A DNA stretch of 64,000 nt, taken from positions 14,012,001 to 14,076,000 of the forward strand of contig JBHGNT010000013.1 in the NCBI GenBank assembly GCA_043228905.1, written 5' to 3'. Under the pieces are notes generated by a model, which saw only the letters and a program-made list of their open reading frames with translations, was not told the DNA's origin and made no database searches. Source of the stretch: Azolla caroliniana (taxonomy: Eukaryota > Plantae > Polypodiophyta). Below, piece by piece: positions 49,701 through 60,500 of the stretch (its first letter is position 1; each line of letters opens with the position of its first letter). The translations under genes and the position numbers were made by a program.

Positions 49701-52030
49701 CATGTTTACATGACTTCATGATTTTGAATTGAATCAGCTTAGGGCATCTTCTAGGCATGATTATGACATATGAGGGTGGGTGTCTTTGTTTTAACATCTC
49801 TAAGAGGCCACTCAAAAGGTTATATATGAAATTGTTATCCCATCAATAAACTATGAGAACAGACAAAAAGAAGGAACTGATTGAAACTGAAATTGGTGTA
49901 TTCTAAAACTATTCATCATAGCAAGTGCTAAATGGCGATGCCCAAAATGAAAGGAAAGCATTTTCTATGTTGGTATCTTCTATCTCCTCTTACACTCTTG
50001 CTGTACATTCTGTGTTGCTGATATAAGAGATCTTGATCCTCTCTCCATTGGACCTACCTATGTCTCCATTGTCTTCTCACGAGCGCCTTATGCTTTGCAC
50101 CGTTTAAAGGCCCAATCTTGCTTCACAGACCTTTCGATTTTGGATCAGCCTATGCTGAAAATTTCCTGAAGCAGAAGTTTCAGCTCATCGAACATTAAAT
50201 GCTAAGCTAACAGGATTCTCTGATACTTTAGGCCATTTTACTCATTCAGTTATATCTAATTTTTTGCTGTTATCAAAGATGAAACAATATTTTAAAATGC
50301 AATCTGTTATTTGGTCTCATTGGCCCTTGCGGCCTATTGAAAGATATTAATATATCTTTCTTCTGCTGAACACTTCATCGCATCACATTGATTTGAGAGA
50401 TTTTTTAATCATAGAGATGTCACAACTTCTGCATGTTGGTTAGACACTAGTCCGCAATCACTGATGCTCCCCTCCTCCAATAACAAGGGAGGAAGAGGTA
50501 CATTCACCACTAAGAAACCCTATGATGTAGCATGACCAGTTTTGCATTTTGTATCATTCCAACAAGTTTATTATGAAAAGCAGATGTTTTTGTAAGCTAA
50601 ATTATGTATAGACCTTGAAGATATACAATAGTTTGGGTGTTTTCCTCTTCAAAGATAAGACACAACCAGATTTAACATACATATCTCCCATTCTTGCATT
50701 CAGATTTCCCATAATGAGCACCTTCTCCCAGTCCAATAATGGTGGTATCTTCGCATGGCACTTGTTTTCCCTATAAGGTGGATAACTCACGTGGAAATTG
50801 GAATGTAGCATCATGCAAAGAGGTCATCTTTATATATAGTTTTTCTTACAGTATATATTGACTCTGCAAACAACTTTCAGAACATTTCTCCACATTGTCC
50901 AAAAATTCTATACTCTTTTGGCCATCAGATTCTCCACTGTAGAAATTTAAGTAACATTCAGAGTAAAGAAACGAGCGTGGAATTTCAGAGACCAATTAAT
51001 GTATAGATCCAATTAGAACAATACCGTACAATCTGATATAGAAATTCAGATGAAATAAATGTTTTGTTTTTTAAGTCCCACTCTACACCATCTGTTTGTC
51101 AGATGGCCCACTGCAGAATTTCTAGCAGCAGATCTGACAAATGAATATATGTGTTCAAAACCCAACACTTAAAGAAATCAATTCAAATAGGTATTCGTTC
51201 AAGTATGAGATCATGACTTAATGGACTAGGTCATTATTATCATCATATATACATGGCTATTGAAGCTATATATGTCAAGCTTAACAGTTATCATTAGAGG
51301 ACCAAACTCAGGACCTATGAACTCCTCACCATCACAAACACATCATATTCATGCAGTAAATTCATTAAAATGACCTATTGTCCTCACATTATACATGAAA
51401 ACTTGAAATTTGAAGCTATGATGCCAAACTCGAATAGTTATTCATTAAAACATGGAGTGATTCCATTATCATCATCACACACACAAAATTTGAAGTTGTA
51501 CTGCCAAATGAAAACAGATACACAGTAAAGTGTGAAATTATGAAATATGGCCCGATCATCAGCAGAAGCAACGTCAACATCAACGTCATCATCATCAAAT
51601 CATCACATATACATGAAATTTGAAGCCTCAATAGAGAAGTTTAAAAGAATGGAATTGTAACCAACCACAATGGGACTGGCAAGATTGGAAGAATCTGTAG
51701 CCTTAGCATCGGAGAGAGTAGTCCAAGAAGGGATCATAACACAGTAGCTCCATCCCGTCCGCGGATCATGAGGCCAAACAGAGTGTGGTCCAATCTATAG
51801 GGGATGAAAAAAGAACACGAAACATATAAAAAAAAAAGGAAAAGTTCAATCGATCTGGTTACCAGGATCGTGCGTGGAAACCGAAGGCATCAAAAGAAGA
51901 AGAACGAAGGGAGAGGGGGGTGAGATGGAGGGAGACTTACCCAACGCGATGGAGGAGGGCTATAGTCCATGCCGAGAGGGAGAGGAGAGGCTCCATCGTG
52001 GCGATGGCGGGGCGAGCTTCTGCTCGCCAT
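43703..52030 (-). CDS. EREL1: PX (Phox) domain coiled-coil protein, EREX/EREL family; 10 exons: 52030-51941, 51794-51666, 48881-48783, 48561-48469, 48377-48269, 46599-45911, 45822-45658, 45564-45322, 44519-44301, 44008-43703
   Basis: N-terminus [42 protein letters not shown] motif [13 protein letters not shown]...[40 protein letters not shown] boundaries traced in frame. The exact ortholog within the family is uncertain. Confidence 0.9.
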
Positions 52031-52214
52031 ATCCAGCAAACAGCACGCGGAAGTGGATCTCAGCAAACAGCGAAGATGTCTTCCTTTCCTTTATTTTCTT
52101 TCTTCTTTCTGTTTTTTTCTTTTTTCTTTATATATTTATTTATTTATTTATTTTTGTGTGTGTGTACAATTTTTTAACCTTTGCACAAAGAAGAAGAAGA
52201 TTTATTTACTTTAC

Positions 52215-52440
52215 CCGAGTCAAGAGTGGGAGTCGGAATATTGTGTGAGACCCTGGAGTCGGGGGGTCGGGGGTCGGAATTGGAGTCAGTGGCCTGCGTG
52301 AGTCGGGAGTCAGAATTTTAGTCGGAGTCACACGTGAGTCGAGAATCAGAGTTCGAGTCGGAGTCGGAATCACGCGTTTGTCAGAAGTCAAAATTTTGAG
52401 TCAGAGTCGTGCATGAGATGGAGTGGGGGTCTAGTCACGA
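52215..52440. repeat. Degenerate GGAGTC-type tandem repeat upstream of the PX gene
   Basis: Many GAGTCG and GGAGTC units. Confidence 0.7.
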
Positions 52441-53442
52441 GGGAGATGGAGAGGGGGTTTGGGGGGGGTGGAAGAGTTTGAGTCATGCGGGAGGGGGATT
52501 GGAGGAGGTTTAGTCTCGGCTTCACTTCAATGACCACCTTCATCATTGCCACTCCCTTTGCCCTTGTCTCCAGGAAGACGTCGAACTACTTGTCTGCAAG
52601 CATCTTGTGGTATGTCACCGAGCTATATTTCGTAGTTCAAATGAGTACTTCCCCTGTTCCAAGTCGAACTATTGTTGATCGACGCACCTCTGTTTGAAAA
52701 GAATTTTGCGTTTATGCATCACTATTCTTCATGTAGTACAAACAATTCCTCGATTGAGTGAGACTCTATTGGGGATTGTCGATTCATGTAACTCGATTTA
52801 GGAATAATATTTGGTCATATGGCATTATTCCCAAAGATGTTGTGCGATACAACCCAGTCCTCCATTGGGCCCCACGGATTTCAATAATCATCTATCCAAT
52901 TAGCGAGTTCAAGAAATTTTTTGCGTTATATGCTTATTCATCAATTTTTTTCTTACTAAAAATATACTCTTGATTCCACAATATTGTGGATCATGTAGAT
53001 GTTGTGTAACCTTGGTTTCTTCAACCAATCAAGTGTTAACTGATTCATGTCCTTTAAGCAATCCCTTTATGTCATCCATAATTTGTTGATATGGCTACTT
53101 CACATTCTCTCAACTAGTCAAAATTTTAGGGATTGTCTAAGCACGATGCATTGCATTCTTTGTGATTTTGGATGAAGCATCAAGTAGAGATTGATGTTTC
53201 CTAGACTATGAAAATATTCCAACTATGAGAAAAATAATGGTTGAATTTTGGGTAATGCATGAAGTAGCTTTACAATTAGCAATGATCCCCAAGGTGTTCT
53301 TATAAGCATGGAATGCATAACTATTATGTATAGTATGTGTTTGTGAGCATATGTGGTGGTATCCTATGGTCATTAGTACGATGGAGGGAGGCAATGACAT
53401 CCACAACTTGCATTAGGTGTCCTTGAGCATATCATGCATCAT

Positions 53443-54990
53443 TGTAAAGAATCGTGGTATGATTATGTGCAACGGAATATGTTAGAGATGTGTGTTTGTG
53501 TGTGTGTTTGAGAATAGGAGAGGAGAGAGGCACAAGATAGATAGAATAAACAATAGAAAAATACTCAAGAAGATGTATATTACAAAGGAGATTAACCGGC
53601 ATATACAAAGTAGGAAGAGAGTGTTTTATATAGTCTCTCTCTCTCTTCATTAACTACCGAAGCTCATGAGTCATGGGGAATGTGCAAACTCATTAGTTAT
53701 GTGTCATAGAATATGATTCTATGACACATAGTTAATGTATAAAGAGTAGTGGTGTGACTTTTGACTTTTGAGTGTTCATACACTCTTACGGGTGTGTTCA
53801 CGCACTAGGCTAGGTTGACCTTGATTCTCAACACACCCCCTCAAGCTCAACTTTGGTCGGCTTGTCCGCTTTGGCTGGTACCCGGTTCGGACAATATCCA
53901 TTTCTCTCTTGTTTGGTGTCCGCTTCAACTGATACCCGATTCAAACGTACTCCCCCTCAAGCTTGGCAAGTCAAGGATCATCAATCCCAGGTCTAACATG
54001 AATTGTTGAAGCTTGTCGGCTCCTAGGGCTTTGGTGAAGATGTCGGTTGTCTGAAGATTCATGATGATGTGTTGAAGGTCGACATCCCCAGCCTGGACAC
54101 GCTCTCGAATGAAGTGATAGTGCACTTCGATATGCCTCGTGCGTGCGTGGAACATCGGGTTCCGAGCCAGATGAATATTGTTCATGTTGTCGCAGTAGAG
54201 GGGAATCCGATCTTTGATGGGAATGCCCATATCCTTAAATATCCTCATGAGTCATACGACTTCACATGTGGCCACCATCACGCCCCTATATTCGACCTCT
54301 GTGCTCGAAAGAGCGACAATTGGTTGCTTCTTGCTACTCCAAGAGATGGCTCCGTTGCCGAGGGAGAAAACAAAACTGGAGGTTGATCGTAGATCAGCTT
54401 TATAGTCGGCCCAGTTGGCATTTGTGTACCCTTCGAGTTGAGTTGGCGTGGACAATTATAGAGAATACCATAGTCCATCGTTCCACTCACGTATTGTAGC
54501 ACTCGCTTAGCACAATCCAAATGGATATCTCGTGGAGTTTGCATGAATTGGCTAAGGAAGCCGGCCGGATAGCGGTCAGGTCGAGTGATCGTGAGGTAGA
54601 TGAGACTCCCAATCAGTTGTCGATATTGAGTCGGCTCACACTCTCGATCAAGAGGGGTTGCCACAAATTTGCACTCAATCATCCCAAACTTGTATAACAA
54701 GTTGAGGATGTAGTGTTGTTGAGATATCATAATGCCGGTTGGAGTTCGAATTACCTCGATGCCAAGGAAGTAATGAAGCTCTTTCATGTCCGTCATCTCG
54801 AATTTGTTGGAGATGAGGGACTTGACCTTGTTAATGTTGACTAGATGCTCACCTCCAATGACCAGATCATCCATGTATAGGATGATGACATTTAGACTTT
54901 CGGAATCGCTTCTTACATAGACGGAATTGTTGGATTTTGACATTAGGAAGCCGATTCGATGAAGATATTGTGTTATCTTTGACCCATGGA
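53443..54990 (-). mobile_element. Degenerate copia RT/RNase H remnant with 3' LTR (about 53443-53833)
   Basis: LYMDD, YRQLIGSLIYL, SSTEVEY, HARTRHIEVHYHFIRE, and PPT GAGGGGG before TGTTGAGA. Confidence 0.8.
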
Positions 54991-55089
54991 ATTCTATTTG
55001 GCCCTTACGACACTTCAGGCATAATCGATTATACCAACTCGGAGTTTGTCGGCTACATAGACAGTTGAAAGTTGACAACCGTATATTGC

Positions 55090-55751
55090 TTTAAACTCGG
55101 CAATGGAGCAATCTCGTGGAAGTTGAAACTTTAGGAGTGCATTGCCACGTCAACGATCGAGGCCGAATATGTCGCCACTTCCAATGGGGCGAAAGAGGCC
55201 TTATGGCTTGGTCAGCTCGCACGTTTCGACAAGTTGATTTTGACTTGGCTCAAGTTGTCTACAATGACAGTCAAGGTGTTGTCGCTCTGTCAAAAAATCC
55301 GGTTCAGCACAACGCCTCGAAGCACATCAATGTGAGATACCAATTTTTTCGGGACTGCGCCATTTCAGGGAATATCGGCCTCAAGAAGATACCTACATCC
55401 GATAACACCCATTAGGGAGGAGTGTCAAATACGGGTCTCTAATGGATGTATTCACATTGTCCCATTGGACACATTAGATTTAGGTTATTTTTATAAATAG
55501 TGGAAATGGTAGTTGCTCTATGTCAGTTAGTATTCAAACTGACTTTTGTAACCTAATATGAAGGTGGTTCATTTCTTTGGTTATTACGGCCATTTTCGTT
55601 TTGTAACTTAGAGATCAAATAATACAATTACATTGTGCTTGTGCAATCACTGGTTTTCGTTTCTCCTTGTAACTCTGTTGATCTTGTCTCATGATTTAGT
55701 TGTCTATTGCTCTCAATCTATTTCTGCCTTCTCCCTGATGATCGTTATCAC
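55090..55751 (+). mobile_element. Copia RNase H remnant, PPT and probable LTR (about 55423-55751)
   Basis: DSQGVVALSKNPVQHNASKHINVRY, then AGGGAGGAG followed by TGTCAAAT. Confidence 0.6.
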
Positions 55752-57011
55752 AAAGAGTGTTGAGATATCGTTTCACACCTAGACGACTGCTTACAACAAT
55801 ACTCACTTGAACAAAAGGGTTAAAAATGTTACAATCCATCTACCCGAAAAGTTCGAGTGAGTCAAGATGTCATTTTCGACGAATTAGCATCCTCTCGGCC
55901 GTTGAACAATCAAAGCACATCTCGGCTGAGTCCGACGTTGGACAAAGGGAAGGCCAAAATGCCGAAATACGAAGATCCGATCAACAACGAGTCAACTCAC
56001 TCCCTTAATGGTGAGTTTGAAGGCCTTGATGTCCCGGTTATCCAGACAAATGGAGTTAAGAAAGCCATAGTTGTTGCAAACGAGAAGCTCCGTTGCTCCA
56101 CCCTAGAGAAAAACCAGGTTAGCCGATTCGGCTATGACGACTATATGGCATACCGTTGTCGAGATATTTCGCAAGTGCGTGTGGAGATGAGGCGGGACCG
56201 CGGGGGTCTCGAACCAAAGAGCAAGCGAGGGAGGAGAAAGAGGGAGAACCGGCTACGCAGGACCGGGGGTACACAGGGACACGGCCCTTCAGCACGGAGA
56301 ACGCGAACAGACACCGACACAGACAGACGCGAACGACTAAATATGTATATTAACAAAATGGCTAACACGACTACAACCCTCGATGGGGCACAGGTTGGTT
56401 ACAACCGAACAGGCCGGCGAACAGATGCCGATGCCTGTTCGCTTCGACGCACAAACGGGGTAGCAGGTCGGAGGTGCTGCCGGAAGCACTCGGGCGTTCC
56501 TCGAAACAGCGCGAGCCTCCTCGGAACCCTGCACAGAAAGCTATGGAGCTCAAGAAGGAAGGAAACAGAGAGAGAAGCGTCCAGAAACGGTCCGACAGCA
56601 CTTCGTCCTCTCTGCGCGAGATCTCTGCAACAGCTCTTTCCTGCTCCTTATATAGGCCGACGAGCAGGCCGTCATGTCAGCTTTATTCCCTGTCCCTTTT
56701 GGACAGGGATCCGCTCCGTTCTTCACGCATCCGCGTAGTTACGCCGCCGATTCGTACAGTTCGCGCGCGTGACCGAAAAGACTGTTCGCGCGGTCTTTGT
56801 CTTTACTCGTGTTAGGGCCCGTTCCTGCCGACCATCCTCCTAATTCGATTCTATGTACAACTTGGAGCGTGCGCGCGTGAAGAACCGGTTCCCACGCCTT
56901 GGTGCGCCGATTCCGCTTATGGACGGTTTTCTTCACGACATCTGCCCCCACCTAACCGCGCATCCTCCGGTATGCGCCAAGAGAGTTGGGACGGAGAAAA
57001 CCGGCCCGTCT

Positions 57012-60000
57012 TCATTCCTCGCCCGTCGGTTCTTCCTCGTTTCCGGATCGTTCGTCACTGCTGACTAGGAGAGCCGGGTCCGGCTCGTCGTCATGTCGCT
57101 TCTTGAACGCTTTGATCCGCTTCCCTGCAACCGGTATCGCCACTCTCGTGCCGTCGAGTTCCGCCAGGTGATATGTCCCGTTGCCATTGGCGCTCCGTAC
57201 CGCGTAAGGCCCAAACCACCTACGTGCGAACTTCCTGGTAGCTCGGTGCTGGTTGTCGAGACTGCTGTCGTAGACGAGCACCCAGTCACCTTCTTCGATC
57301 TTCTTCGGTCGGAGCCGGTGCGTTCGGTCGAACCTGGCTTTGTTCTTTGCCCTCGCCACCCGGAGCCTCTCCGTAGCCAGTTCCACGTCCTCCGGTCTCC
57401 GCTCGAGTTGTCGTATACGCGCGGCCAACAACTCCTCCCGGCTCATCTCGTCCCTCCAATCGACCGTTGCCCATGAGGAGATTGTCCGTTCCATCGGCAT
57501 GATCGGCTTCTGTCCGAACATGAGCTCCGTCGGCATGTACCCGGTTACCGAACTGTGCGTGGTCCGGTCTGCCCACAAAGCATAAGGTAGCAACCGCGGC
57601 CAGTCACCGACTCGGCCTCCGCATGCCCGGACCAACGCCTTGACGATCGGTCCGTGTCCGCGCTCCACCTTTCCATTCGCCTCCGGATTGTATGCAGTGG
57701 TGAGCGAGAGCTTGACTCCCAGCCGGTCGAACAGCTCCGCGGCTTCTTCGGCGTCCAACTCCCCTCGGTCAGCCACGATCTTCCCGACGCACCCGTACCG
57801 GCATATCACGTCCTCGATTAGGAACCGGCATACGGCCGCGGTCGTTTTGTTCGGAAGGGCCCGGCCTTCCACCTGGTTCGTCAGATCCTCCCGCGCTAGG
57901 ACCAGGTACCGCATCTGTCCTACCCCCATTGGCATCGTCACCAGATCTACCATCCATTTGAAGTGGATGGTCGGAGGGTACGTGGGGTGAAGCTCGTCCC
58001 GATGTCGGACTATGGAGTGCATCTGACAGCTCTCGCAAGTTGTCACGAACCGATGCACGTCCTGGTACTGCCCCGGCCACCAATACTTCCCCTTCAGTTT
58101 CTCAAACGTAGCCCATGTTCCACGGTGTCCAGCCCAAGGGCTGTCGTGGTAGGCCGTCAGCAGCTCCTCCTGTTCTTCCTTCATCGCCACCACCCGGAGC
58201 GGAGCGCCGTCCCTCTTCTTCGGGTGCTTCCATAGGTAGCCATCCCGGAGAAAGAACCGGTACGCTTTCTTCCGGATCCGGTTGGCCTCGTCCTTCGTCC
58301 ATGACGCATCGGGCGTCATCGCCTTCAAAAACCCACCGATCTGCAGCCACTCCCCGTCGTACTTGCTCGCGTCGAAGTCGTTAAGCGCCGGAGTGCTTGT
58401 TCCGTCGGTTGTTACATACGCGGTCTCGAAGAAGTCCACGCCGACCTCTTCGTCCTCCGAAACCATGCCGCCCTCGTCATCGAATCTCGCCCTTGAAAGC
58501 ATGTCGGCCATGGCGTTGTCTTTCCCGGAAATGTGTCGTATTACCGGGTCTAGGGACTTGATGTACGCTATCCACCTGAGCATTGCCAGGTCCGGCGTCG
58601 CGCATCCGGAAACCATGCCGAGAATCGGCATGCAATCCGTCTCTATGATTACCTCCGTCCCGATCAGATAGTCCTTGTCGGCCTTCACCGCCGAAACGAT
58701 ACCCCAGAGTTCGCGTTTAACCTGGGCGTATCCTCGCTGCCGTTCGCTGAGGACCTTCGCGCCGAATCGGATCGGAAACCGATTTCCATCCTCGTCTTCT
58801 TGGTTGACGACCCACCCGATTCCGGTCGGACTCGTGTCAACCGTCATGTACACTGGGGTGCCCTTCCTGTAGACGGCCTTTCGGAGCGCCGGTGTTGCCG
58901 AAAGAGCCTCCTTCAGCTTCCGGACCGACTCCGTGTGCTTGTCTAGCCATTCGAATCTTCGCCCTTTCCTCAATAATCCGTATAGCGGCTCCGCAACGTG
59001 GGCGTAATGCGGGATCCATATGTGGTAGAATGCGCATGCCCCCAGGAATCTTCGTACTTCCGTGACCGAGCTGCAGTCGGGCTTCATCGCGGAGATGGCT
59101 TCTACCTTTGCCGGAGACGGTTTCCAGCCATATGGCCCACATAAGTGTCCGACCACCATGATTTCCGACTGCCCGAAGGCTGATTTCTCCCCCGAGAAGG
59201 TGAGCCTCGCATCCTCTAGCCTTTGCAGCACCTTCTCGCAGTCGTCGATGTGCGCCATCACGAATCGCCGGCATCCGTCCGGCCCGACCGTCTCGTCCTT
59301 CTCTTCTACCGGGCATCCCTTGATCGGGATGTCGTCTAGAAACGGCATGGTGATGTCCGGGATGCAGTCCCTCAGCACCTTGTTCATCGCATTCACCATG
59401 TGGGCCACCGAGTTGGTCCCTCCTTGCGGCAGCGTACACATCCGCACTAGGCCGAGGGGAGTTCGCATCGTCGTAATGTCTCTGCTTTCCACGGCTAGCT
59501 GGAACTGGTCGTACCCTGAGTATAGATCACCGACCGAGTAAATCGACCTTCCGGCGAAGGCCTCCGCGAACTCGTCTATGGTCGGCCCGATCCCTGCGTT
59601 CCGAATGGTCACTCTATTGACCGGCTGCAGGTCCTGAATGAAGCGCAATGATCCGTTTTTCTTTGGTACGGTAAACCAGCGGTTTGAATACGGGGCGCTC
59701 GACGGCTCGAGAATGCCCATATCAACCTTCTGCTTCAACAGCTCCATCAACTTCGGGATGTGAGCTCTCGGAACCGAAATTGGCTTGAGATTCCACGGTA
59801 CATGAGGTACCGTGAATATCACCATCGGCTCTACGATCGCCGGGTCCACGCACCCGATTTCCTCCGGCGAGAATGCGAAGGCTTTCCCGTGCCTTCCGAG
59901 CATTCTCCGGAACCGGTCTTCCTCCGCCGGCAGTAGGAACCCGCCCCCACCGACCTTCAGCTCGCGGAGCGTCTCGTTGGTGAAGGTGTGTCCTATGCAG

Positions 60001-60500
60001 GCCCGATCTCGTAAGCTGGGGTCCGCAGCAACCCCTTTAATCCGGGATTCGCTGCCCTCCGGTAAGGGCGCCGCAACTGGCCTCACCTTCCGGTCCACCG
60101 TCTTGTACTTGGTGCTCACTCGGGCCGTCCGTTCCGACTCGAGCCCTCGACCGAAGTCCGCGATGACTTCGTACATTTCTTCGGAACATACCGGTATCGT
60201 CCGGTCTTCGTTAAGGTCTTCTTCGACTACCTCCCCCAGCATCCCCAAGGTGTCGTCGAAGGAGACTGCCTCCACGGCTCCGTTGATTCCTTCGTCAGGG
60301 CCGAGAACTCCGCACGCCCGAAGTCTCCCCTCCGTCTTTGTTTTCTCTCGGCCGGTGATGCCGACCATCGTACATGCTCCGCTGTCGGAGAAGCAAAATT
60401 TCCTACCTATTGTACACGGTTTTATCGTACAGATGTGGGGGTTTCCCGGAGCATCCGGACTGTCGCGGCCCCACGCCTTGGCAGTCCTCTCTAAAAATCC
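57012..60500 (-). CDS. pol: Pol (RT, RNase H, integrase), probably expressed by -1 frameshift; no chromodomain
   Basis: LPQGGTNS, PFLDD, VDTSPTGIG, ELWGIV, HxxxxxxH...CESC, ADRGEL, YNPEANGKVER and WFGPY. The frame is open from 60500 to the ATG at 60368. Confidence 0.92.
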   Translation of the reverse strand, partial: GFLERTAKAWGRDSPDAPGNPHICTIKPCTIGRKFCFSDSGACTMVGITGREKTKTEGRLRACGVLGPDEGINGAVEAVSFDDTLGMLGEVVEEDLNEDRTIPVCSEEMYEVIADFGRGLESERTARVSTKYKTVDRKVRPVAAPLPEGSESRIKGVAADPSLRDRACIGHTFTNETLRELKVGGGGFLLPAEEDRFRRMLGRHGKAFAFSPEEIGCVDPAIVEPMVIFTVPHVPWNLKPISVPRAHIPKLMELLKQKVDMGILEPSSAPYSNRWFTVPKKNGSLRFIQDLQPVNRVTIRNAGIGPTIDEFAEAFAGRSIYSVGDLYSGYDQFQLAVESRDITTMRTPLGLVRMCTLPQGGTNSVAHMVNAMNKVLRDCIPDITMPFLDDIPIKGCPVEEKDETVGPDGCRRFVMAHIDDCEKVLQRLEDARLTFSGEKSAFGQSEIMVVGHLCGPYGWKPSPAKVEAISAMKPDCSSVTEVRRFLGACAFYHIWIPHYAHVAEPLYGLLRKGRRFEWLDKHTESVRKLKEALSATPALRKAVYRKGTPVYMTVDTSPTGIGWVVNQEDEDGNRFPIRFGAKVLSERQRGYAQVKRELWGIVSAVKADKDYLIGTEVIIETDCMPILGMVSGCATPDLAMLRWIAYIKSLDPVIRHISGKDNAMADMLSRARFDDEGGMVSEDEEVGVDFFETAYVTTDGTSTPALNDFDASKYDGEWLQIGGFLKAMTPDASWTKDEANRIRKKAYRFFLRDGYLWKHPKKRDGAPLRVVAMKEEQEELLTAYHDSPWAGHRGTWATFEKLKGKYWWPGQYQDVHRFVTTCESCQMHSIVRHRDELHPTYPPTIHFKWMVDLVTMPMGVGQMRYLVLAREDLTNQVEGRALPNKTTAAVCRFLIEDVICRYGCVGKIVADRGELDAEEAAELFDRLGVKLSLTTAYNPEANGKVERGHGPIVKALVRACGGRVGDWPRLLPYALWADRTTHSSVTGYMPTELMFGQKPIMPMERTISSWATVDWRDEMSREELLAARIRQLERRPEDVELATERLRVARAKNKARFDRTHRLRPKKIEEGDWVLVYDSSLDNQHRATRKFARRWFGPYAVRSANGNGTYHLAELDGTRVAIPVAGKRIKAFKKRHDDEPDPALLVSSDERSGNEEEPTGEE

